This document shows, piece by piece, positions 26,721 through 36,100 of a stretch of 64,000 nucleotides of DNA (position 1 is its first letter; every line of letters starts with the position of its first letter). The notes beneath the pieces are model-generated. The model worked only from the letters and a program-made list of their open reading frames with translations. It ran no database searches and had not been told where the DNA came from. The position numbers and the translations under genes were made by a program. This DNA is from Opitutia bacterium (GTDB lineage: Bacteria > Verrucomicrobiota > Verrucomicrobiia > Opitutales > T3Sed10-336): positions 5,313 through 69,312 of the forward strand of contig PXBO01000068.1 in assembly GCA_003566885.1 (NCBI GenBank), written 5' to 3'.

Positions 26721-29700
26721 ATGAATGGATCCAATCGTTTCCCAGCCGTTCTGGTTTGTTTTTCATTCTGGATGCTGACAATCTTCCCTTTGGGAACCTT
26801 CGGACAGGTCCGGCTCAACGAGGTAATGGCATCAAACGGTGTCACGCTGGCGGACGAGGACGGTGACTTTGAGGACTGGATCGAATTGTATAATGAAGGC
26901 CAGGATGCCGTTGATCTGACCGGCTGGGGACTATCGGACAACGAGAACAACGTCTTCAAATGGACTTTTCCCGAAGGGACGGTGATCGGGGCGGGAGAGT
27001 ATTTGGTGGTCTGGGCGTCGGGGAAGGATCGGGAGCCCTCGGACGAAACCGCTGGTATCCTCCGTGAGGTTTGGATGGGCATTTCAGGCACAAGCATTTC
27101 AAACCTGACCAATCACCCTGATTTCCCGGATAATCCGACCTCCCGAAACCTGGTGACCGATTTTTTTGAGGCGCCGACCAATATCGCGGATCAATACGGA
27201 CAACGGATGAGCGCGTTATTAGTGCCACCGGAAACAGGGCTTTATCGTTTCTGGATCGCGAGTGATGACAACGGCGAATTGCATCTCAGCAGCGACGAAA
27301 CCCCTGAGAACGCCCTCCTTATTGCTTCGGTGCCGGGTTGGACCCAACCCCGGGAATGGAGCAAATACGCAAGTCAGGAGTCGGATTCGATCCATTTGGT
27401 GGCCGGTCAGCCTTATTTCATCGCCGCCCTCATGAAGGAGGAGGGAGGCGGTGATAACCTCGCCGTTGCCTGGCAGCGGCCGAACGGTGACTTCGAAGGT
27501 CCCATTCCGGCTCAGCATTTTCGCATTGAATCCAGGGAAATTCACACGAACTTTCGTATCGCCTCCGCCGGTGAAGAGCTCGTCCTCACTCGCCCGAACG
27601 GTGAGGTCGTCGATTACTTCCCGCCTGTTGATCTGCCGCGCGACATATCCTACGGCCGGCAGCCGGATGGAGGCCCGGATTGGTTTTACTTCGACCAACC
27701 GACGCCCGGCTCGGCGAACGACACGCCGTCCGTCACCTTTCCCCCCGCCGTCACGATCGGTGAACCAAGAGGTTTCAGGACCGAGCCGTTTCAGGTGACG
27801 CTTACTTCTTCCGACCCCGGGGCCACGATCCGATACACCCTGGATGGTAGCGAACCCGATTTCGATTCACCTGTTTACACCGCTCCGCTGCTGATCTCGC
27901 AGACCGCGACGTTGCGGGCGGCGGTCAGGGAAGTGGGGATGATCCGGTTGCCGCCGGCGACCGCCAGTTGGATTTTCCTGGAGGACGTCCTCCAGCAGGA
28001 TGCGAGCACTCCCGAGGGCTGGCCGGAGGATCGAGAGGTAAACAACAAGCGCATGGAATACGGGCTGTCGTCCGACATTGTGACCGGGGATCCCGATCGT
28101 CTTCGTGCGGGCATGACCGCCATCCCTTCAATCTCCCTGGTCACCGATCTGCGACACCTGTTCGACCCCGAGACGGGGATTTACGTCAACCCGGGGCATG
28201 TCGGCCAGGAGCGCCCGGTATCGGTCGAATTGATCGACCCGGTCCACGGGTCCGAGAAGGAATTCCAGATCGATGCCGGTCTGCGTATCCGCGGGGGATT
28301 CAGTCGAAGCATCGACAATCCGAAGCATTCGTTTCGTTTGCTGTTTCGATCGGCCTACGGGGAAAGTCAGCTTCACTTTCCGTTGTTCGGCGATGAGGGG
28401 GCGAATCACTTTGACAAAATCGATCTGCGAACGGCCCAGAATTATTCCTGGGCGTTTCAAAACAACGGAAAAAACACCTTTTTGCGGGATGTTTTTTCCC
28501 GGGACTCTCAACGGGACATGGGCGTTCCGTACACCCGAAGCAGATTCTACCACCTGTATTTGAATGGTCAATACTGGGGGCTCTATCAGACCCAGGAAAG
28601 AGGAGAATCCGACTACGCGGCAACGTATTTGGGAGGTGACAGCGACGATTGGGATGTCATCAAAACCAGCCAGCCGGGTTATGTGACGGACGCGAACAGC
28701 GGAACTTTCGAGGCCTGGCATGCATTTCATGATATTGCCATCAATCAGGGTTTTTCCGGATCGTTTGGGGATAATTACTGGCGTGTCAAAGGCATGAACC
28801 CGGATGGCAGCGTCAATCCCGGGTTTCCCGTGTATCTGGATGAGGAAAACCTTTCGGCGATGGCATTGCTCTTCTACTACACGGGGGATCCCGACAGTCC
28901 CGTGTCGATCGGGTTCATTCACCGGCCGAATAACATGTATGCGCTTTTCAATCGCGAGCAACCGGATGGCTTCAAGTGGTTGCGTCATGACGCCGAGCAC
29001 TCGCTCGGAGCGCATGGGAGTTATGGCGTAACGGTTGATGTCACGCAGACGACGGTCGATTGGACGGAACAGCACCGGTTCAACCCGATCACCCTTCATA
29101 CCCGGTTGATCGAGCATCCGGAATACCGCATGCAATTCGCCGATTTCGTGCAGCGTCACCTCTTCGGAGAGGGCGCCCTGACTCCCGACAGCGCACAGGC
29201 GAGAGTGCAGGCGCGCATGGCGGAAATCGATCTGGCCATCATCGGCGAGTCGGCCCGGTGGGGGCGCGGGAGAACCCGCGATGGCGACTGGATCCCTGCC
29301 GCCAACGAGGTGTTGAATTATCTGGCCCAACGCAGGAATATTCTGATCGGCCAATTTCAGGACCGCGGTTGGTTCCCTTCGATCCAGGCGCCCAGGTTGC
29401 GCGCCGAAGACCGGACCGTTCGGATCGGTGCGGAGACCGCCTTTTACTACACGACCGACGGCACCGACCCCAGGTTGCCGGGTGGCGGGATCAGCCCTTC
29501 CGCCATCCTCGTGCAAACCCCGGAGAACGGGACCCAGGCTGTCAGGTTTGTCGACCGGGGAGCGACCTGGCGCTATTTCGATCTCGGCATGCAGCCCGAC
29601 GACCAGGGAACTTCGAACTGGCGGGATCGGGATTTCGATGACCATGATTGGGCGCAGGGACCCGCTATTCTCGGATTCGCCGGCGCTCCGACTCAAAACC

Positions 29701-32003
29701 CGGTTTCGACTGTCACCCGTCGTTATGTCAGCGGAAACTCCGGCCCCCAGGTGACCACGACTTATTTTCGTCATGAGTTTTCCGCCGATTCGCCCGCGGA
29801 AATCGACGAATTGGACTTTGAGATTCTCCGCGACGACGGCGCGGTCGTGTACCTCAATGGCATCGAGGTGTTCCGCTCCAACATGCCGCCGGGAGTGCCG
29901 ACCTATGATACGTACGCTTCGAGCGTGGTGGCTTCTCCCGCACAGAACACGTATTTCACCTATAACGTTCCTCTCGGTCATCTGCTGGCGCCGGGAAGTA
30001 ATGTGTTGGCGGTGGAAATCCATCAGGTCAATGACACCAGCTCCGATATTTATTTTGACCTTTCCCTCGACGGCCGGGGAGACGCCGTTTCCGTTGAACT
30101 CCCGCTCTCCCGTTCCGACGCGATCGTCGCTCGTGCCTTTCACGATTCCGAGTGGAGTGCGAAGGTGGAAATCAATGCCGATGACATTCTGCCGCCCGGG
30201 GTGATTGTTCACGAGTGGGATTTCGAATCGGAAGCCGACATTCTGGAACCCTCCTTCACTCTCGGGGGCGGGGCGTTGACCATCGCTCCCGGACCGGACA
30301 CGGAGGCGCTTTCGAACACCGGCGGGGATTTTGAAACCCGGCATCTTCGGGTAAACAATCCACTTGGAGCGACCGTCACCTTCTCCCTTCCGACGACCGG
30401 TTACCAGACCATCACTTTGGACTTCCTGACCCGCCGTTCGGGGCAGGGGGCCGGTGAACAGACGCTCTCATTTACCACGGATGGAATGAATTGGACCGAA
30501 TTGGCCACGTATGCGGTCTTTGATGACCCACCGCAATTGCAGGAATTCGATTTCGACGGGATCACGGAGGTGGCCGACAACCCCGACTTCGCGGTGAGAA
30601 TCGGGTTTGATCAGGGCGAGGGAGGCATCGCGGGAAACAATCGCTTCGACGACGTGATCGTTCGTGGCCTCCCGTTGCCGGGAACCAATCTTCCCCCGGT
30701 TGTGAATGAAGAGACGGCGCCGGAGTTTTTGGTCCTGACAGCGGGAGAGGAACCACTCGTTTTCGACCTCGACGATTGGTTCACCGATCCGGAAGGAGAT
30801 GTGCTGACGTATACCGTGACGACCACCTGGCCGGAGGGGATTGTCACGGACCTGAACGGAGCGGAACTGACCGTCAGCGGGCCGCGGGCCGGGGGCGGGA
30901 GTATCAGTGTTGGAGCGTCAGACGGGACCAATCCGTTGATCGAGAGGGAGGTTCGTCTCCTGGTCTATCCCGCACCGATGGCGCTCGATGGCGCGAACTA
31001 CCGCTTTCAGTTTTGGGCTGCGAACAATCCGGCGGGCGCCTTTCCCTCGCACATGCTCTTTCTCCAAAGCGCGGAAGACGACCCGGGACTGACCTCCGAT
31101 CTGGCGCACGCCTACGACATTCCCGCCTGGGACGCGGCGAGGGCGGAGGATGTGGACTTTCCTTACGCGGCCGAATCACGAAGCCGGATCAACGGTTTGG
31201 AAGAAAATGGTATCGCGTTTATCAATACGGGTCGCGGCCGAGATGTGGGAGCGGCGCTTCTCGCCCTCGATACAACCGGAGTGAGCGACATCGATGTCAG
31301 TTGGACCGGCGAAACCCTCTTGCCCAATAGCCGGATCTACGGCATTCGCCTGCAATATCGGATTGGCATGACGGGGGATTGGACGGATGTTTTTGCCGCC
31401 GGGGAACCCGTTGAGTATGTCCGAAGCGAGACCGCGGGTGATACCGCGAGGCTCGGGCCGGTCCGGTTGCCGGGCGAACTGGAGGGACGCCCCCTGGTTC
31501 AGTTGCAATGGCGTTATTATCACATAGGCGTCACAAGCGGTCCCCGTGCGCAATTGCGGCTCGACGATATCGTTGTTACTTCCAGCGGAGCCCCCGCCGG
31601 TTACGTCGGATGGGTGGGGGACCATTTCGACACCTCTGTCGCCGCCGATCCGGCGGTCAGTGGCCCCGGCGCCGCTCCGTTTGGCGATGGCGTACCGAAC
31701 CTTCTGAAGTATGCATTGGGCGCAGGTCCGAACGAACGCCTGGGAGCGGAGCAAGTTGAGCAGGGAACGACGGATGACAACCGCTTGTTTATCCGGTTCT
31801 ATCGGGATCCCGAATTGACCGATATCGTCTATCTGATCGAAACCTCGCCTGATCTGATCGATTGGAACGAACTTCTTTTCGACAGTGGGAGCTATTCCGG
31901 GGAGAACAGCCATGGCGAGATGCATGAGGTCCACGTCTCCATCGAGGATCATCCCCGCCGTTTCCTCCGCCTTCGGGTGATCGGGCCGACACCCTCGGAT
32001 TGA
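26721..32003 (+). CDS. Giant secreted LTD-PA14-CotH multidomain protein
   Basis: 1760 aa. It has a signal peptide, then a lamin-tail domain (VRLNEVMASN...DWIELYN...LTGWGLSD). A PA14 domain follows (GLYRFWIASDDNGELHLS...AVAWQRPNG), then a chitobiase-C-like segment (ATIRYTLDGSEP). The CotH core is KHSFRLLF...FLRDVFSRDSQRDMGVPYTRSRFYHLYLNGQYWGLY. Cadherin/Ig-like repeats and a conserved C-terminal module complete it. Confidence 0.85.
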   Translation: MNGSNRFPAVLVCFSFWMLTIFPLGTFGQVRLNEVMASNGVTLADEDGDFEDWIELYNEGQDAVDLTGWGLSDNENNVFKWTFPEGTVIGAGEYLVVWASGKDREPSDETAGILREVWMGISGTSISNLTNHPDFPDNPTSRNLVTDFFEAPTNIADQYGQRMSALLVPPETGLYRFWIASDDNGELHLSSDETPENALLIASVPGWTQPREWSKYASQESDSIHLVAGQPYFIAALMKEEGGGDNLAVAWQRPNGDFEGPIPAQHFRIESREIHTNFRIASAGEELVLTRPNGEVVDYFPPVDLPRDISYGRQPDGGPDWFYFDQPTPGSANDTPSVTFPPAVTIGEPRGFRTEPFQVTLTSSDPGATIRYTLDGSEPDFDSPVYTAPLLISQTATLRAAVREVGMIRLPPATASWIFLEDVLQQDASTPEGWPEDREVNNKRMEYGLSSDIVTGDPDRLRAGMTAIPSISLVTDLRHLFDPETGIYVNPGHVGQERPVSVELIDPVHGSEKEFQIDAGLRIRGGFSRSIDNPKHSFRLLFRSAYGESQLHFPLFGDEGANHFDKIDLRTAQNYSWAFQNNGKNTFLRDVFSRDSQRDMGVPYTRSRFYHLYLNGQYWGLYQTQERGESDYAATYLGGDSDDWDVIKTSQPGYVTDANSGTFEAWHAFHDIAINQGFSGSFGDNYWRVKGMNPDGSVNPGFPVYLDEENLSAMALLFYYTGDPDSPVSIGFIHRPNNMYALFNREQPDGFKWLRHDAEHSLGAHGSYGVTVDVTQTTVDWTEQHRFNPITLHTRLIEHPEYRMQFADFVQRHLFGEGALTPDSAQARVQARMAEIDLAIIGESARWGRGRTRDGDWIPAANEVLNYLAQRRNILIGQFQDRGWFPSIQAPRLRAEDRTVRIGAETAFYYTTDGTDPRLPGGGISPSAILVQTPENGTQAVRFVDRGATWRYFDLGMQPDDQGTSNWRDRDFDDHDWAQGPAILGFAGAPTQNPVSTVTRRYVSGNSGPQVTTTYFRHEFSADSPAEIDELDFEILRDDGAVVYLNGIEVFRSNMPPGVPTYDTYASSVVASPAQNTYFTYNVPLGHLLAPGSNVLAVEIHQVNDTSSDIYFDLSLDGRGDAVSVELPLSRSDAIVARAFHDSEWSAKVEINADDILPPGVIVHEWDFESEADILEPSFTLGGGALTIAPGPDTEALSNTGGDFETRHLRVNNPLGATVTFSLPTTGYQTITLDFLTRRSGQGAGEQTLSFTTDGMNWTELATYAVFDDPPQLQEFDFDGITEVADNPDFAVRIGFDQGEGGIAGNNRFDDVIVRGLPLPGTNLPPVVNEETAPEFLVLTAGEEPLVFDLDDWFTDPEGDVLTYTVTTTWPEGIVTDLNGAELTVSGPRAGGGSISVGASDGTNPLIEREVRLLVYPAPMALDGANYRFQFWAANNPAGAFPSHMLFLQSAEDDPGLTSDLAHAYDIPAWDAARAEDVDFPYAAESRSRINGLEENGIAFINTGRGRDVGAALLALDTTGVSDIDVSWTGETLLPNSRIYGIRLQYRIGMTGDWTDVFAAGEPVEYVRSETAGDTARLGPVRLPGELEGRPLVQLQWRYYHIGVTSGPRAQLRLDDIVVTSSGAPAGYVGWVGDHFDTSVAADPAVSGPGAAPFGDGVPNLLKYALGAGPNERLGAEQVEQGTTDDNRLFIRFYRDPELTDIVYLIETSPDLIDWNELLFDSGSYSGENSHGEMHEVHVSIEDHPRRFLRLRVIGPTPSD

Positions 32004-32004
32004 T

Positions 32005-33039
32005 TCAGTCCGGATCGGCAGGCATCCTAATCTGTCGTGACCATTCAGGGGAGTCGGCGACGAAGGCGCTGCGGTCGTTGATCCGAAAGCGGAGCAAGGC
32101 TTCCTTCCGCGAGCCGTCGTAATCGAGCAGATCGCGTTCATGAATCACCCGATCGGCAAGCCCGGGAAAAAGAATGCGCGTGTCGAGGCGGAAGGGGCGG
32201 TCGGTGAGTTCGTTGACGTGCAGCAGGATGTTGGTGACGCAGTTGTTGGCGACGGAATTGTAGAATTCGGGATCGCGCGCCAAACTGTCGGCCCGCATGA
32301 GAACGGACTGGAAGAGAGCCTGGACGTTCTCCTGGGTCGTCCGGATGGGATAGATGTAAACGGGATTTTTGCGTACATTCACGCGCTCACCGATGAGGTC
32401 GGTCTCGGTTCCGAGAATGTAGATCAGTTCGTAATTCCGGAAAAGCCCGGGCAACGGATGGTAGGGCCGACCCTCGGTCCTTCGCGCCTCCACCGACACC
32501 GCCAGGTGGCGCCCGTCGGAGAAGGCGAAGGTCAGAAATCCGTGTGCGATCAGTCCGCGCCGAGAAAGAATCTCATGCACGAAATCCACCCGTTCGATAT
32601 CCTCGATACGGAAGGTGTCGGAGTACCACTTCCTGGACTCGACGCTCCCGTCCGGGCCGAAGACGCGATCGCGGAGGTTGTCGATTTTCACGGTGTTGCC
32701 GGTGTAGGTGATCCGGACCGCTCTCTCCTGATCAGGAATCCAGTCACGGTCGGTGTTTGGCGTAAGACTGAAAAACGCCGCCGTGACAACAAGGGTTCCG
32801 GCGCTCGCGGCGACTGCCCAATAACCTCCGCACCGCGTGAGCCACGCTCCGCCGGCGACAAGTCCCGTCCAGACGAGGGAAAGTGTTATGCCGACAGCCG
32901 GCTTGAAGACCGGAAAATACATGAGCGCGAGGCCAGCCCACAGGACAAATGGAACGATCACACAACAAAGCAGAGCTTTGGTCTTCCGTTTCGTTCCGGG
33001 CCGGGATTCAAACGCGGGATGTGATGGTAGTTGGCTCAC
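32005..33039 (-). CDS. DUF4105 (Lnb N-terminal periplasmic domain)-family membrane protein
   Basis: 344 aa with a GTG start and N-terminal TM helices. GLIAHGFLTFAFSDGRHLAVSVEAR...YELIYILGTE...YNSVANNCVTN matches the DUF4105 pattern. Confidence 0.7.
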   Translation of the reverse strand: MSQLPSHPAFESRPGTKRKTKALLCCVIVPFVLWAGLALMYFPVFKPAVGITLSLVWTGLVAGGAWLTRCGGYWAVAASAGTLVVTAAFFSLTPNTDRDWIPDQERAVRITYTGNTVKIDNLRDRVFGPDGSVESRKWYSDTFRIEDIERVDFVHEILSRRGLIAHGFLTFAFSDGRHLAVSVEARRTEGRPYHPLPGLFRNYELIYILGTETDLIGERVNVRKNPVYIYPIRTTQENVQALFQSVLMRADSLARDPEFYNSVANNCVTNILLHVNELTDRPFRLDTRILFPGLADRVIHERDLLDYDGSRKEALLRFRINDRSAFVADSPEWSRQIRMPADPD

Positions 33040-33140
33040 GTTTTAGGAGCTGGGATCGACCGTGGCATCGGGAACACCGGTTTCGCGAGATTAGCTTCAG
33101 CGCGACGTTGCTGTGCATTCCATAGTCCGCTTCGCCGGCT

Positions 33141-36100
33141 TCAAAGCAGCACAACGATGAAAAACGCGAACAGCACCGCGAACAAGGCGGCATTCGCGAA
33201 TTTGACGAAGGCGACGTTGCGCCGGAAAAAGTCCATCAGCCGGTCGCTGGTGAGCCCGCGCCAGGCGAGGAGGATGATGATCACCAGCGGCAGAATGAAG
33301 GCCAGGTTGTAGACCAGGAGATAACCGAACGCGGCCAGGCGTTCGGCTCCGCTTTGCAGGACCAGCATGATGGTGGGGGCGTACATTTGGCCGGTGCAGG
33401 CGAGTTCCAGCAGAGCGATCGCCATGCCGGTGAGAAACGCGGCCGTGACGAAGTGGCTGTGCTTTACGCCGGAGCGTACCAGAGCGTTGATTCGCAGTTT
33501 CAGCGGACGGGGAAGTTGCAGGGTGGTTTCCTCCAGCTTTCCCCGCAGGCAGAGAATGCCGTCACGAATGCTGAGAATACAAATAACCAGGACCAAACCG
33601 GCCAGGATCCAGTTCACGGCACGCGCCACCGGCTCCAGGGCGGTGAGTTGACCAATCAGACTGTAGAAGCCGATGCCGATGGCAAAATAGGCGATAAATA
33701 CCCCGAGCACGAAAGCGATTCCCACTTGCATGATTTGGGTGGGCGTCCGGCGGGCTACTTGGAGGTAGGAGAGGAAAAAGATAATAGTGGCAAAGGCGCA
33801 GGGGTTCAACCCATCGAGGAGTCCGGCCGAAAGCACCACGGCGAAAGTGAATCCGTGAAAGCGTTCCAGGATGCGGGCATCGGCGGCGGCGACCGCCTGC
33901 TCGGGCATGGTCAGGACGGTCGCGTCCCGCCCCAATGAGCCGCCCAGAAGCTGATTGAGCGAGTCCAGGTTGATTTCGTCCCGGACCAGGACTCCGGCCG
34001 CCGCGACAATGGTCGGAGCCACCAGACGGTTGTTGATCGGAACCTGGAAGGTTTCGCTGAGGTGTTCGTTCAGGCGGATGGCGGCGGTATCCCGGATGTT
34101 GTGGCTTTGAATTTCGATCTCCGGGAACAACGGCCGCAATCGGGCGAGGTAGTCGCGGACCTGGGCGCAATCGGCGCAGCCGGTCTGGGTGAAGAAAATG
34201 ACCGGAAGCGTTCCGTTGGGGGCCGTTGCCGCGACGGTTGCCGGCCGGTCTCCGTTTTCCGGGAGGTCGGGGGCGGTCACGGCCGGTTCCTGTCGGAGTT
34301 GGGCGGTGACCGCTTCGGTGGCGGGAGCTTCCTCGGATGAGGGGCCGTCGGCTTCGCGGAGTGCTATAAAGTGAGCTCGAAGGTCTTCGATGGTCAGGCG
34401 CCGGTTGTAATTATTGAAAGGATAGCCGGTGTTGCGGACATAACGAAGCAACCCCTCGTGCTCCGGCCCCATGGATCGGTAATGGGTGTACACGTAACCG
34501 GAAACCCAGGACTCGACGCGAAAACGGTTCATGTCGGTCGATTCCAGGGCGTCAAGGTGGGCGGCCAGGGCGTCGGGATTTTCGATGGCCTCGTAGGTGT
34601 CGGCCAGGGCAATCATGGCGCGCAGGCGCAGTTGACGCACCGGGTCGCCGGTCATTTCGCGCAGCGGCTGCTCCACCGAAGAGGGCAGACGTTCGTTGTT
34701 CGGGCCGGTCGAGGAGGTTGCCCCGAGCGTGGTGTGGGTCACGTTGGACCAAGAAGAGCTCGAATAGGCGTCTGAGTATTGGTTCGACCACCAGGATTCA
34801 TTGCGCTGCACCGCTGCCGGCAGCACCTCGCGTACCCGGTAATCGCTGTCGCCGGCGATCTGCCCGGCCAATTCGGGTAGGAGTGCTGGGCGGCTTTGCA
34901 CGGCCAGCCGCAGGGCGGCGCGCCGGACAAGCGGATCGGGTTGCCTGGTTTGGCTGAGGATCCAGGAATGGTCCTCCTGCCAGGCGATCACCTGCGGCCA
35001 GAATACCAGGACAAAAACGCGCAGCGCGGTGTCGTTGGTTTGTTCATACGTCTCGCGCAGAATCGTTCGGGTCCGCTGCCGTTCGCTCCCGGTTAAACGG
35101 TGGTAATTGGGAATGTCGTCGAGGAAACGCTGAAAGTAGGTCGGAACGGGATCCGGAGTGTGCGCCAGGATAAACTCGAGGTTGTCCGCGAACGAACCGT
35201 TTTCGAAGAGAGAGCGGATCACGCCCCAGGAATGACTTTCCAGGCGAGGGAACAGGTTCCTTAAAAGCTCGTCGACGTGCGGATCCGGGTAATCGGAAAG
35301 GGATTCGGCCAGTTCGGCGATCTCCTGTGAGGAGAGGGAGTCGATGCGATCCTTGAGCGTTTCGATGCCCAGGGAGGAACCGATACGGGTGAGAAAGACG
35401 GCTGCTTCCAGCGCCAGTTCCTCGTCTCCTCCGGAGCGCGCCGCTTCCGCCGCCTCTTCGAATGCGGCCAGCGGATGCCTTGCCTCCGGCGAATCGTCGC
35501 GGGTCGACTGATCTCGCGAACCGCCCGAAAAGAGACGTTGGAGAATGTTTCCCTGACTCGAGGTCGAGCCCCTTCCGTCCGGACTCTCCCCCAGTCGGGG
35601 CAATCGGGCGGACGACGGGTCGAATCGCCGCAGGACCGCCAGCTTTTGGCCGCGGGTTCCGTCGCGCAGCAATGCGAGCAGCCGTTCGCGGTGGTTATCG
35701 TCCCCGGCGCCCCTGGCGGCCAGCGATTGCGCCGCTGCGATGGAAAAATCCTCGTTGGGATGATCCAGAAAGCGCCGGGCCACGGAGAGTTGGCTTTCGC
35801 GGAGGTTCCCCAGGAAGGAGACAAATTCCGCCTCCCGGCCGGAAGGGATGCTGTCAAAAAGTAGATTGGAAAACTCCGGGGGAATGGCCCAGTCGTTTCG
35901 GATGTAGATGCCGAGGACCGGCAGGCGCATCGATTCATCCTCCAGGAATAACTCGGAAAGCATCGGCTGTTGCGCGATGCCGCCCACCCGTCCGAGCGCC
36001 GACAGGGCGCTAAGGCGAACAAACTCGTCTTCGTCCCGCACCCGTTCCGCCACTTCGGGGGCCAGGGTGTTGAGCCCGAGTTGTTCCACGGTTTCCAGGG

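Noticed and set aside
28128-30344. 738-aa ORF on the minus strand, the longest unexplained ORF in the track
   Set aside because: It lies entirely antisense to the CotH gene, whose frame has clear domain signatures. The product is Arg/Gly/Pro/Val-rich with no motifs. This is the expected shadow ORF of a high-GC gene, where stop codons are rare in the antisense frame.
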